Origin: Minutocellus sp. GHC0000111
Taxonomy: Eukaryota
Direction: 5' to 3'
DNA length: 64,000 bases
Assembly: GCA_977018835.1 (NCBI GenBank)
Contig: OZ361259.1
Span: 1,116,001 to 1,180,000 of the forward strand
Below, one piece after another: positions 1-12,420 of this stretch; within the stretch, counting starts at the first letter, position 1; each line of letters opens with the position of its first letter. Under the pieces are notes generated by a model. It saw nothing but the letters and a program-made list of their open reading frames with translations. It was not told the origin of the DNA and did not search any database. A program made the position numbers and the translations under genes.

Positions 1-900
1 GTGCCGTCTGTGGTATGGAGAGTGGAGTCTGCGAGAACTTCAATGGCGGCGGCGGTTGTGGCGGACTAGGTGTTCAGAGTGTTGTAGGTGAGTATTGCAC
101 GTGGCGAATGAATACCAAGCACAACTATCCCCCTAGATACTGTTTATTTTCTTCTCGGCATTCGTCTCATAAGCTCGTTATATTTTTCATCTCTTACATC
201 AGTCGGTGCCTTCCTCGGAGGCTACATCATCCTCTACGGTCAGGTGCAGAGCTGGACTCCACAGCTGGTCACTGGACCACTGGGCCAAACACCGCCGAAC
301 AAGCTCACGGAGGTTCTTTGGGGGATCATCAACTGCATCCCAACTCTTGTAATGGGATTGGTGATGTCATTTTCGCCCGTATTCTTGGAACACAACGTCA
401 GTGGAATGATCGGGTGGCTAATCTCGTCCATCGTTGCGTTTGCCATCGTTTTCGCCATCAATTCCAGCATCCATTCCTATCTCGTTGTGAAGTATGCCAA
501 ATCTGACAAAGTGGCGGTCAGTGTTGGCTTTTACTATATGAGTAACGCCCTTGGCCGATTGATGGGTACCATTGGATCTGGTCTGATCTTTACTTATGTT
601 GGCGAATATTTTGGCGAATTCGTCGGTCATGATGGTACTGCGGGATTGGCTGCGTGCTACTTGGCTGGAACCCTTTCGAGTGCAGCGGCTGCATTCATAA
701 CCACCTTCATTGATGACGATGAGGGTGGCTTGAAATGTGGAAATATGACTTGTGTTCATGCTGAGATAGAAGATAACGAAGATGCTGAGAACGAATCAAG
801 CGGCGATGGCAAAGCAAACGGAACGGAGGAGACCGAGGTGAAAAAGATGTCGCAAGCGCAGGAGTCTACCCTAAGTGCCTCTGCCGTATCATCAGCATGA
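1..900 (+). CDS. arsJ: ArsJ-family MFS transporter, 3' part of an upstream copy (intron 88-202; 5' end outside window)
   Basis: Matches 33376-34275 at offset 33375. The GTGAGT...CAG intron joins SVV|VGAFLGGYIILYGQVQ. ArsJ C-terminal motifs FAINSSIHSYL and VGFYYMSNALGRLMGT are present. Confidence 0.88.
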
Positions 901-954
901 CACGCGTAGTAACCGTAAATTATAGTTGTTCATTGTTCAATATTTTCTACGCTG

Positions 955-2731
955 CTACGCTGCAATAGATGATCTTGCCCTTCGGCGAACATGGCGTTTC
1001 TTGAGAGGAATGTGCAAATCTCCGGGAACTCGGCCGTGGCAAAATGGAGCCTGACTCTTCATACAGACGCGGTGTTTGGCCCGAGCAAAGGCCCGTGCTG
1101 ATCGGCCGGTTGTGCTGATGGCATGCCGAAGAGGCTTGGGGATGGACCCATTGTTCGCAAGCAATATAGTTTGTATGTCGAGATACCGGTTGAGAGAGTA
1201 GGGGTTACGCTGCTGCAATGCCATGGTTTTCTTTTGTGGGAGGATCGACTGCGATGAAAAGTAGATCATTTGCTCATACTCGAACTCATCCTCTTTCCAT
1301 GGCTCGTCCAGCAAAGCTAAGGCAATCGCCTCGATGTAATTGCCAAGAATATCGAGATTATAACCTCCTTCCAGAGCCACAACGATGGGGGTGTTTCGGC
1401 CAGCGGCGTCCGACAGAGAATTTGTAATAGCATAATACGCGTCCGGCGTCAATTTGCAGTCTCCAAGCAAATCGCCCTCGGCTGCATCAAGACCTGCTGA
1501 CACGAGTATCAAGTCGGGCTGGAAGGCTCTTATAGCTGGCCCGACCACCTGCGTCATGGCCACTGCATACTCCGAGTTGCCCATGCCGCTCTGTTCCCAC
1601 ACGATATTTTGATTGGTTCCCATCGCATCTCCCTTGCCAACATCGTTCACGGATCCTGTACCGGGATAGAACCAGGAGAACCGCTCAGCATCGTCGGGGT
1701 GGGCCGAGTTACTTGCCCGGTGTATTGAAAGATAGAAATGTTTGGGTCGTCGTAGGTCAACTCCTGCGTGCCGTTCCCGTGATGGATATCTAAACCAAAT
1801 ATAAACACCCGCGAGGCTCTTTTGGTTGCAATTGCATGCTTTGCGGCGATTGCTACATTGCCAAAGTAGCAGAATCCTATGTATTGGCATAGAATTGGTG
1901 GTGAGAGGATGGATGTGAATTAGGGTTCTCATTGGTGACATTTCACATTTTTGGCATTCGTGCGGATCGACTCGACTTACCCATAGGCTTGTCGCGCAAG
2001 GCGTGATGACCTGGTGGACGGACCAAGGCAAGCGATCTCGTTACCTGAGAGTTTGACTCAGCACAGGCATTTACACACTCGACGACACCCCCAGCAGCCA
2101 ATGATGCGGCCTCGAACGTATGTGAGTCATAACATAGATCACTGGGATCGGTCAGCTTCACATGCTCATCGTTGGTCACAAGAGCCGCACTTCGGATGAA
2201 ACTGCAGTGGTCTGGACTGTGCGCGAGGAGGATCGTGTCGCGCGACGCAGGACGAAAGGGGAGCGATGTGAGTCATCTAGTTGTGGGCGAAGTGGAATGG
2301 CGCGAAAGATGTTCGGCGAGACTCGTTTGCGACATCCAAGGATGCTGACGCTGCAGGAGCGTCCACTCCATCTCCTGCAGGCGTTCCAACAGAGCTGTCA
2401 ATCTAGGCGCGGTTTCGACATGTTGTTCTGCATCGTCGGCGTCGTCTGTGTCGTTGATTTTTGGCTGTTCGGGAGGCGCATGGAGGCTCATTCGAGCATC
2501 GGTGCAGAGGAAGATGGAAGTCATGGCGGACATTTGGGTTAGCGTTCTCTTTGTGAATGATTGTGTTGTTTGGATTGTGAGAGCGACAGGGAGGCAATCG
2601 TCGATGCCGTCCTTTTTGGCCTTGCCACATGCCATGCCAGGGGCGGCGCGGGAGCGTTTTCGAACCAGCCTCATCTTGTGCTGCTCTGCTGCTTGGAGTT
2701 CCTCTGTGATGACTTGACTTGTTCGACTCAC
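955..2731 (-). pseudogene. Class II-like histone deacetylase, disrupted (copy A)
   Basis: Motifs RPPGHHA, GFCYFGNVA, LDIHHGNGTQ, LSIHR, SAGLDAAEGDLLG and LEGGYNL. GT-AG intron about 1878-1980. In-frame TGA at 2273-2275 and a frameshift near 1736-1738. Confidence 0.85.
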
Positions 2732-2744
2732 CGAATCTCAGAGC

Positions 2745-3434
2745 ATGGGAAACACAGAGCCAAGCGAGCACGACGACCTGGACGACTTCTTCGCCTCTGA
2801 CTCATTAGAGCGCTCATCGACAGTAAAAGCCGTGACCAAATCACACAAAACAAAAACAGCAGTTTCCACCAACGACCGCACGGCTGAACTGGCCAAGCTT
2901 CCCACGAAGCGACCGAGACGATCCAACTCCCCCTCGCAGGGCGTTCGGTCGGTTGGTTGTTGTTTTCTCCAACGTCGAAACGCGAGAGTGCGAGCGCATC
3001 GTCGGCGATCACGACGATCTGCTCGGCCCACCCCTCGCCATCGGTTGGTCCCACAATGTGCACGACGCGGTCGATCTGGACAAGCACGAGGAGGACCGGG
3101 CCAACACGCGCAAGCCCGAATGCGAGCTCATCCTCACCCCCCCAACGGCCGACGACATTTGTTGATGAATGAATTTGGCATCAGTGCCGATCACATCACC
3201 CAGGCCGAGCGCATGCTGGCCGAACAACGACGCACGAACGAGCTGGCGGCAAGTGCCTCCGAGGCCTCCGAGAGGAAGAAGAAGGAGCGCAGCGGGAGCG
3301 CGTCCTCTCTCTCTCTCAAGAGAGCCCGACGAAAGATTGGCAAGCGATTAAGCTTGGACCGGGCCGCCGACATCGGTTCCAGCTTGGTTGCCATGTCCAG
3401 CCCGTTCAGTTCCGTGCATGCCAGTGCCAGATAA
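2745..3434 (+). pseudogene. Diatom-type conserved hypothetical protein (F..V..RE...GPPL.IGW motif), frameshifted
   Basis: The motif segment VVFSNVETRECERIVGDHDDLLGPPLAIGWS lies in a different frame from the flanking segments. Shifts near 2950 and at the C run near 3140. Confidence 0.55.
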
Positions 3435-3807
3435 ATGGTGTGATGGTCCATTCAAAAAAGGCCTGCTTTGGGAAGAGTGACTCTCTCTCAGGAAAAAGCA
3501 CCGGTGCATCATGTGCAGAAAACCAAAGAGACAATTTAGATTGAACATAATCACTTTATAGCTAGAACATTTGCAATCGATATATTAAGCCGCACAACAA
3601 CAAAAGGAAAGCCACGCCGCAAAATGTGCTTGGATGACGCCGACGGCGAGGTTCGAAAGGGTTCAAAGAAATTAGAAACTTTTAACGCGCAACGTATGTT
3701 AATACTGACAAAGTGAAAATAATTATTTTACATGTAATTACTTGATAACTAATTCATCCGAACTCCGCATCGTTGATGATGTGCTCAACGACGTCCTTTG
3801 TTCCCCA

Positions 3808-3838
<31 letters not shown>
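3808..3838. repeat. (CCAG)n microsatellite, 7 units (also near 6209 and 8610; 6 units near 37183)
   Basis: Read directly from the sequence. Confidence 0.9.
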
Positions 3839-4019
3839 CCACTCTGTGTGCGACGAAATCAAAAACGGCGTGCCCTGCCCTCTGCTTTGCTCCCGCTCAG
3901 TCCCTTTGGCCCTTACCAGATACCAGATACAAGGCAATAGGCGGCTGGATTGGACACTCGAAGCAGTTATCATGTCTCTTGTCCATCCCATCAATCCATA
4001 GCTGAGCAGATATTGAAAC

Positions 4020-4945
4020 ATGGTGGTCTACCGCCACGACAAGCGAGCGGGCAATTTTGGTGACGTTCACAAACACATCGCTCTGCTCTCTGCCCTGTCG
4101 GCGACCACTGCAGCAGCATCAAATCGAAAAGCATTGTACATCGAAACTCATGCCGCATCTGGTTCGTACGAGAGTACGTCAAGCAAGTCCGAGGACACGG
4201 GAGTCGGCCGAGTGCTGGCCGCCGATGAGTCACATGCTTTTTGTCACAAGACATCCAGGCATATGCGGATGCGATCAAAAGATATCGTAATGGCGGGGCA
4301 AAATCAAAGCATCGATATCCAGGTTCGCCAGTGCTGGCCCTCTCGTGCTTGCGGTCAGGAAGAGATGAAGAAATGTGCGCGGAATATCTGCAAGACGTTG
4401 CAAATGAATTGTCACATACTCTCACTACATATCAAGAGGAAAATGACACATCGGTAGCGACGACAGTAGAAGTAGGAGATGGATACGCTGCCATGCGAAG
4501 GAAGTTGGCCAGCCTGACCAAAAATGACGAAGACGCAAAGAGCACGGTGCCGTTTATTCTTATCGACCCGCTATATACGGACCTACAAAGTGAGCTGGAC
4601 GATGTACCAATGGCAACCAGAGATTGTATCGCTGCGTCATCGGAGTCCATCATAATGATATGGTATCCAATCAAGAAGGGTCGTGACGACATCCTCTTGT
4701 CGTGGAAGGGAGACCTCGCGTCAGCTATCCGAGGAAAGCCGCATCGTCTCGTGCTTAGTGAAATCTGGACCAGTTCGCGAACAAACCAATCAAATGGATG
4801 CAAAGAGGACGCTCTGGTGGGATCAGGGTTCTGCATCGTCGGCGTCGTCTGTGTCGTTGATTTTTGGCTGTTCGGGAGGCGCATGGAGGCTCATTCGAGC
4901 ATCGGTGCAGAGGAAGATGGAAGTCATGGCGGACATTTGGGTTAG
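4020..4945 (+). pseudogene. rlmJ: RlmJ-like rRNA adenine-N6 methyltransferase, frameshifted, with a chimeric C-terminus (unit 1)
   Basis: YRH...AGNFGDVHKH, ETHAASGSY, YPGSP, LIDPLY, IWYP. Frame break at the T5 run near 4238-4242. After 4828 the frame runs into antisense HDAC sequence. Confidence 0.75.
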
Positions 4946-5147
4946 CGTTCTCTTTGTGAATGATTGTGTTGTTTGGATTGTGAGAGCGACAGGGAGGCAA
5001 TCGTCGATGCCGTCCTTTTTGGCCTTGCCACATGCCAGGCCAGGGGCGGCGCGGGAGCGTTTTCGAACCAGCCTCATCTTGTGCTGCTCTGCTGCTTGGA
5101 GTTCCTCTGTGATGACTTGACTTGTTCGACTCACCGAATCTCAGAGC

Positions 5148-5835
5148 ATGGGAAACACAGAGCCAAGCGAGCACGACGACCTGGACGACTTCTTCGCCTC
5201 TGACTCATTAGAGCGCTCATCGACAGTAAAAGCCGTGACCAAATCACACAAAACAAAAACAGCAGTTTCCACCAACGACCGCACGGCTGAACTGGCCAAG
5301 CTTCCCACGAAGCGACCGAGACGATCCAACTCCCCCTCGCAGGGCGTTCGGTCGGTTGGTTGTTGTTTTCTCCAACGTCGAAACGCGAGAGTGCGAGCGC
5401 ATCGTCGGCGATCACGACGATCTGCTCGGCCCACCCCTCGCCATCGGTTGGTCCCACAATGTGCACGACGCGGTCGATCTGGACAAGCACGAGGAGGACC
5501 GGGCCAACACGCGCAAGCCCGAATGCGAGCTCATCCTCACCCCCCCAACGGCCGACGACATTTGTTGATGAATGAATTTGGCATCAGTGCCGATCACATC
5601 ACCCAGGCCGAGCGCATGCTGGCCGAACAACGACGCACGAACGAGCTGGCGGCAAGTGCCTCCGAGGCCTCCGAGAGGAAGAAGAAGGAGCGCAGCGGGA
5701 GCGCGTCCTCTCTCTCTCAAGAGAGCCCGACGAAAGATTGGCAAGCGATTAAGCTTGGACCGGGCCGCCGACATCGGTTCCAGCTTGGTTGCCATGTCCA
5801 GCCCGTTCAGTTCCGTGCATGCCAGTGCCAGATAA
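5148..5835 (+). pseudogene. Copy of the 2745-3434 hypothetical gene (unit 2; extra 2-bp CT deletion)
   Basis: Tandem copy with a shorter (CT)n run. Confidence 0.5.
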
Positions 5836-6208
5836 ATGGTGTGATGGTCCATTCAAAAAAGGCCTGCTTTGGGAAGAGTGACTCTCTCTCAGGAAAAAGC
5901 ACCGGTGCATCATGTGCAGAAAACCAAAGAGACAATTTAGATTGAACATAATCACTTTATAGCTAGAACATTTGCAATCGATATATTAAGCCGCACAACA
6001 ACAAAAGGAAAGCCACGCCGCAAAATGTGCTTGGATGACGCCGACGGCGAGGTTCGAAAGGGTTCAAAGAAATTAGAAACTTTTAACGCGCAACGTATGT
6101 TAATACTGACAAAGTGAAAATAATTATTTTACATGTAATTACTTGATAACTAATTCATCCGAACTCCGCATCGTTGATGATGTGCTCAACGACGTCCTTT
6201 GTTCCCCA

Positions 6209-6239
<31 letters not shown>

Positions 6240-6420
6240 CCACTCTGTGTGCGACGAAATCAAAAACGGCGTGCCCTGCCCTCTGCTTTGCTCCCGCTCA
6301 GTCCCTTTGGCCCTTACCAGATACCAGATACAAGGCAATAGGCGGCTGGATTGGACACTCGAAGCAGTTATCATGTCTCTTGTCCATCCCATCAATCCAT
6401 AGCTGAGCAGATATTGAAAC

Positions 6421-7346
6421 ATGGTGGTCTACCGCCACGACAAGCGAGCGGGCAATTTTGGTGACGTTCACAAACACATCGCTCTGCTCTCTGCCCTGTC
6501 GGCGACCACTGCAGCAGCATCAAATCGAAAAGCATTGTACATCGAAACTCATGCCGCATCTGGTTCGTACGAGAGTACGTCAAGCAAGTCCGAGGACACG
6601 GGAGTCGGCCGAGTGCTGGCCGCCGATGAGTCACATGCTTTTTGTCACAAGACATCCAGGCATATGCGGATGCGATCAAAAGATATCGTAATGGCGGGGC
6701 AAAATCAAAGCATCGATATCCAGGTTCGCCAGTGCTGGCCCTCTCGTGCTTGCGGTCAGGAAGAGATGAAGAAATGTGCGCGGAATATCTGCAAGACGTT
6801 GCAAATGAATTGTCACATACTCTCACTACATATCAAGAGGAAAATGACACATCGGTAGCGACGACAGTAGAAGTAGGAGATGGATACGCTGCCATGCGAA
6901 GGAAGTTGGCCAGCCTGACCAAAAATGACGAAGACGCAAAGAGCACGGTGCCGTTTATTCTTATCGACCCGCTATATACGGACCTACAAAGTGAGCTGGA
7001 CGATGTACCAATGGCAACCAGAGATTGTATCGCTGCGTCATCGGAGTCCATCATAATGATATGGTATCCAATCAAGAAGGGTCGTGACGACATCCTCTTG
7101 TCGTGGAAGGGAGACCTCGCGTCAGCTATCCGAGGAAAGCCGCATCGTCTCGTGCTTAGTGAAATCTGGACCAGTTCGCGAACAAACCAATCAAATGGAT
7201 GCAAAGAGGACGCTCTGGTGGGATCAGGGTTCTGCATCGTCGGCGTCGTCTGTGTCGTTGATTTTTGGCTGTTCGGGAGGCGCATGGAGGCTCATTCGAG
7301 CATCGGTGCAGAGGAAGATGGAAGTCATGGCGGACATTTGGGTTAG
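6421..7346 (+). pseudogene. rlmJ: RlmJ-like methyltransferase, frameshifted and chimeric (unit 2)
   Basis: Same translated ORFs as 4020-4945. Confidence 0.75.
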
Positions 7347-7548
7347 CGTTCTCTTTGTGAATGATTGTGTTGTTTGGATTGTGAGAGCGACAGGGAGGCA
7401 ATCGTCGATGCCGTCCTTTTTGGCCTTGCCACATGCCAGGCCAGGGGCGGCGCGGGAGCGTTTTCGAACCAGCCTCATCTTGTGCTGCTCTGCTGCTTGG
7501 AGTTCCTCTGTGATGACTTGACTTGTTCGACTCACCGAATCTCAGAGC

Positions 7549-8236
7549 ATGGGAAACACAGAGCCAAGCGAGCACGACGACCTGGACGACTTCTTCGCCT
7601 CTGACTCATTAGAGCGCTCATCGACAGTAAAAGCCGTGACCAAATCACACAAAACAAAAACAGCAGTTTCCACCAACGACCGCACGGCTGAACTGGCCAA
7701 GCTTCCCACGAAGCGACCGAGACGATCCAACTCCCCCTCGCAGGGCGTTCGGTCGGTTGGTTGTTGTTTTCTCCAACGTCGAAACGCGAGAGTGCGAGCG
7801 CATCGTCGGCGATCACGACGATCTGCTCGGCCCACCCCTCGCCATCGGTTGGTCCCACAATGTGCACGACGCGGTCGATCTGGACAAGCACGAGGAGGAC
7901 CGGGCCAACACGCGCAAGCCCGAATGCGAGCTCATCCTCACCCCCCCAACGGCCGACGACATTTGTTGATGAATGAATTTGGCATCAGTGCCGATCACAT
8001 CACCCAGGCCGAGCGCATGCTGGCCGAACAACGACGCACGAACGAGCTGGCGGCAAGTGCCTCCGAGGCCTCCGAGAGGAAGAAGAAGGAGCGCAGCGGG
8101 AGCGCGTCCTCTCTCTCTCAAGAGAGCCCGACGAAAGATTGGCAAGCGATTAAGCTTGGACCGGGCCGCCGACATCGGTTCCAGCTTGGTTGCCATGTCC
8201 AGCCCGTTCAGTTCCGTGCATGCCAGTGCCAGATAA
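7549..8236 (+). pseudogene. Copy of the 2745-3434 hypothetical gene (unit 3)
   Basis: Tandem copy. Confidence 0.5.
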
Positions 8237-8609
8237 ATGGTGTGATGGTCCATTCAAAAAAGGCCTGCTTTGGGAAGAGTGACTCTCTCTCAGGAAAAAG
8301 CACCGGTGCATCATGTGCAGAAAACCAAAGAGACAATTTAGATTGAACATAATCACTTTATAGCTAGAACATTTGCAATCGATATATTAAGCCGCACAAC
8401 AACAAAAGGAAAGCCACGCCGCAAAATGTGCTTGGATGACGCCGACGGCGAGGTTCGAAAGGGTTCAAAGAAATTAGAAACTTTTAACGCGCAACGTATG
8501 TTAATACTGACAAAGTGAAAATAATTATTTTACATGTAATTACTTGATAACTAATTCATCCGAACTCCGCATCGTTGATGATGTGCTCAACGACGTCCTT
8601 TGTTCCCCA

Positions 8610-8640
<31 letters not shown>

Positions 8641-8821
8641 CCACTCTGTGTGCGACGAAATCAAAAACGGCGTGCCCTGCCCTCTGCTTTGCTCCCGCTC
8701 AGTCCCTTTGGCCCTTACCAGATACCAGATACAAGGCAATAGGCGGCTGGATTGGACACTCGAAGCAGTTATCATGTCTCTTGTCCATCCCATCAATCCA
8801 TAGCTGAGCAGATATTGAAAC

Positions 8822-9756
8822 ATGGTGGTCTACCGCCACGACAAGCGAGCGGGCAATTTTGGTGACGTTCACAAACACATCGCTCTGCTCTCTGCCCTGT
8901 CGGCGACCACTGCAGCAGCATCAAATCGAAAAGCATTGTACATCGAAACTCATGCCGCATCTGGTTCGTACGAGAGTACGTCAAGCAAGTCCGAGGACAC
9001 GGGAGTCGGCCGAGTGCTGGCCGCCGATGAGTCACATGCTTTTTGTCACAAGACATCCAGGCATATGCGGATGCGATCAAAAGATATCGTAATGGCGGGG
9101 CAAAATCAAAGCATCGATATCCAGGTTCGCCAGTGCTGGCCCTCTCGTGCTTGCGGTCAGGAAGAGATGAAGAAATGTGCGCGGAATATCTGCAAGACGT
9201 TGCAAATGAATTGTCACATACTCTCACTACATATCAAGAGGAAAATGACACATCGGTAGCGACGACAGTAGAAGTAGGAGATGGATACGCTGCCATGCGA
9301 AGGAAGTTGGCCAGCCTGACCAAAAATGACGAAGACGCAAAGAGCACGGTGCCGTTTATTCTTATCGACCCGCTATATACGGACCTACAAAGTGAGCTGG
9401 ACGATGTACCAATGGCAACCAGAGATTGTATCGCTGCGTCATCGGAGTCCATCATAATGATATGGTATCCAATCAAGAAGGGTCGTGACGACATCCTCTT
9501 GTCGTGGAAGGGAGACCTCGCGTCAGCTATCCGAGGAAAGCCGCATCGTCTCGTGCTTAGTGAAATCTGGACCAGTTCGCGAACAAACCAATCAAATGGA
9601 TGCAAAGAGGACGCTCTGGTGGGATCAGGGATAGCACTAATTCATCGCCATGACGACGTGACTGATAAATTGATGTCTTTGACCAAGGGGCTCAACGATA
9701 TTCTGTCTTCTGATGATAAGCAAAGAATTGGGAGCTGGAGTGTGTTGGAATGCTAG
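8822..9756 (+). pseudogene. rlmJ: RlmJ-like methyltransferase with native C-terminus, frameshifted (unit 3)
   Basis: RlmJ motifs are split between ORFs 8822-9259 and 9043-9756. Ends GSGIALIH...WSVLEC. Confidence 0.78.
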
Positions 9757-9927
9757 CTCGAGTATCTACATCTATGCTTTGCTCTACAGAATGATTTGCA
9801 ATATGCTAGCTCCAGGGCATCATATGCGAAGTTTTCGGTGCGATGAAGGTGCTATTCAGTACATGATCGATGCGAGGCGATCTCGTTAGGTAATTACTAC
9901 GTAGTATGTAAAATATAGACTTTTTCA

Positions 9928-10566
9928 TTAGAAAATGTAGACCGAACCGTCCGCTGTTTTGCAGCTAAGGTTGTCTTCTAGGCATGTTCCACAGCATGGC
10001 CAGTAGTAATCGAAGTCAAAGTCTTCCGGGACGGTGCATGTTGGGTCAACTGGAATCGACTGGCAAGTTTTTGGTCCGCATATGTCGCACGTTGCCACGT
10101 TGCCGTCGGCATCCGTCCGGCCTTCGCAGTCACGGTCGCTCTGGCATCCAGAGTCGAAGAGATCACCGATCGGCTCGCCACATCGGCTTGTGACGCACTG
10201 AGGAGGTAGTGCTGCGTCGCCTGTTGGTTCACCCAGGTCCTCATCCGGTGGGACACAGACTCCTGCCATGCACGTGAGGCCTGGAACATACGAAGAGTCG
10301 CAGGAAATGATTGTTTTACCCCTGAATTTTGTCTCACAGCACGCGCTACCGACGGCAGCACAGGTGCTTCCAGCAGACGCAGTTCCGTCATTTCCACCGC
10401 CGCCGTTTGGGTTGCCGCCGCCGTTGCCACCGCCGTTGCCTCCCCTGGCGAGGGCCCTGGCAATGGAGCGAAGATGATGACGGATTGCCGGCTCGTCCGA
10501 ATGAGCAGCAGCAATGCCGGTAACCGACAAGCCTGAAAGCATGAGGGCTGCTTTCGAAAGATTCAT
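9928..10566 (-). CDS. Secreted Gly/Asn-rich, Cys-rich protein
   Basis: Signal peptide MNLSKAALMLSGLSVTGIAAA, GGNGGGNGGG tract, many cysteines. Confidence 0.75.
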   Translation of the reverse strand: MNLSKAALMLSGLSVTGIAAAHSDEPAIRHHLRSIARALARGGNGGGNGGGNPNGGGGNDGTASAGSTCAAVGSACCETKFRGKTIISCDSSYVPGLTCMAGVCVPPDEDLGEPTGDAALPPQCVTSRCGEPIGDLFDSGCQSDRDCEGRTDADGNVATCDICGPKTCQSIPVDPTCTVPEDFDFDYYWPCCGTCLEDNLSCKTADGSVYIF

Positions 10567-10729
10567 CTGGTTGAAAGTGAATGAAACACAGTAGCGTTGC
10601 TTTTTGGGACTTGCTATGAATGGGTGAGAGCTCTCGTCCCGCTTTATGCTTTGGTAATGGAATTATTACGAGTATCCGCCAATTCGTTGTGCTTTGACTG
10701 CCAACCTTTAGCTTTCTGCCAACCCATTT

Positions 10730-12420
10730 TATTCACGGGTCAACAAAGTAGGGTTTGAGGAGACAAGCGATGATTTCAAAAAGAAAGATGCCTTTGCCTG
10801 GTCCCGAATCTGCCGAACTCGGGATCAAATCCCAGACCGCGACCCATACGTACGCAAATTGCCCTCCCAATCGACCATTATGCCCCTTGCAATGGCACCA
10901 AACACCGTATCTCCCTGCAATCTCACACATAATCAGCCTTCTATGGTCCCAAGGTAACGTGGTGTCACCCCGATAAACACCAACTTGCAAAGATGGGCAC
11001 ATGCGCTCACAAAAACCGTCGCGGTGGGCGGGAGAAATGGTGAAGTCGGAAATGTCGTCAAAAATGAGGTATTTGGCTAATATCTCGTGAGATACACCTT
11101 CGTGCCCCGGAAAAGTCGTGCTCATTCGATCGGCATAGTTCATGGGTAGACTGTTGTCGAGGAACCAACACTTGATTGGCAAGGTGTGTCGCGAATTCGC
11201 ATGCTTGACTGCCGAAATTGGGCCCAAATCCGACATTTGCCGCAAAAAGAGGTATTTGGCGTTTATCTCGTGAGATACAGCTTCATGCCCCGGAAAAGTG
11301 ATGATCGTTCGATCCACATAGTGTGTGGGTGAACCGCTGTCAAGAAACCAACACTCAACTTGCAACCAGTGTCAAGAACTCGCATGTTCCATCCATCCCT
11401 GACAATCGTCAAATTGCCCGCCAAAACAGTTTTTGGTGTCTATTTCTTCAGATAAACCTTCCAGCCCCCAGTTCAACCATATCATTCGTTATATTTGGCC
11501 TATGGGTGGAGTTTGATGTGATGGTTTGAACGGAATTCGTTGTGAGTGGTCGAGAACTCAATCACGACAAGCCCAAAATATCGTCGGAAAACGAAAAATA
11601 CGGTATCTGTGGTATATTTCATGTTTTAGGCCTCGACACCAGGATATTATCCTATCATTCGTCGGTGTGGGTCCATAGGTGGAGGTTCGTGCAGTAGTTT
11701 GAAGGGATTTATTGGCTGTGTCGACAATGAGCGTGCTACACGTCCCCAGGAATGAGCTGGGTGGGGGCTTCGGGGCCAGTTTGGGGCGTAATTCTTGCCA
11801 AATAGGCCTCGAGACCAGGATTGCACCATTCAAATCTTTTGTGTTGGTATAGGAGTTGGTGTTGATGCGGTAGTTTGCTGGCAGTTGGCCAGTGGGATGG
11901 AGGATTGTCGAGTAAGATGCCCAAAAATGGCTCGAAACGAGATTTTGGGGGTTGTCGGAGAGGTGGAGGGGGCGATATCTGGACAATCAAGCGAAAAGAC
12001 CAGCACAAATTGGCTTCATTTGATTGATATGGTCCCATGCCAGTATATCGAGCCTTAGGCGAAGGTTTGGTTGGAGGCCTGGCCACTAACTGTGTCCAGA
12101 GCAGCACGTGAGGGTAGGTGACAGCGGATTTTGGGCATTCTAAGAGGAGTGATTGGGTTCAATTCTCGGCCTTATGGGCAAGATTTACTGTGCACTTTCC
12201 TTCCGTTACATACGGATATACCGAAAGGGTGACGTGAGCGCTTGGGCAGAGGTTTGGGCTATGGACTTGTGCTCAACGCTGAGTATTTCTGCTTGTTAGG
12301 GTCAGCGCGGCGTGGCAGGAGGGCCAACCTTGCCAAGGGAGAGTGGTGATAGATTGGCATGCCGACGCAACCAAGAGTGTTCTATTAGCTTTAGTTGCAC
12401 TATATATGCATGTAAGATGT
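10730..12420. mobile_element. Putative non-autonomous transposon-like element with internal diverged repeats (boundaries approximate)
   Basis: No credible protein. Diverged direct repeat at about 11060-11185 and 11244-11368 (GAGGTATTTGGC...TCTCGTGAGATACA...GCCCCGGAAAAGT...AACCAACACT). Confidence 0.35.

Larger units (their letters stand above)
2425..9630. repeat. Three head-to-tail copies of a ~2.4-kb unit (2403, 2401, 2401 bp)
   Basis: ORFs repeat at offsets 2403/2401. The junction GGATCAGG-G-TTCTGCATC occurs at 4828 and 7229. Confidence 0.97.

Noticed and set aside
2273..2275. In-frame TGA in HDAC as selenocysteine or readthrough
   Set aside because: It is not at a catalytic Cys position, and the gene also has a frameshift. 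A nonsense mutation is simpler.
2425..9630. The 2.4-kb units as transposons or LTRs
   Set aside because: No transposase or RT, no terminal repeats or target-site duplications. The units are fragments of three host genes.
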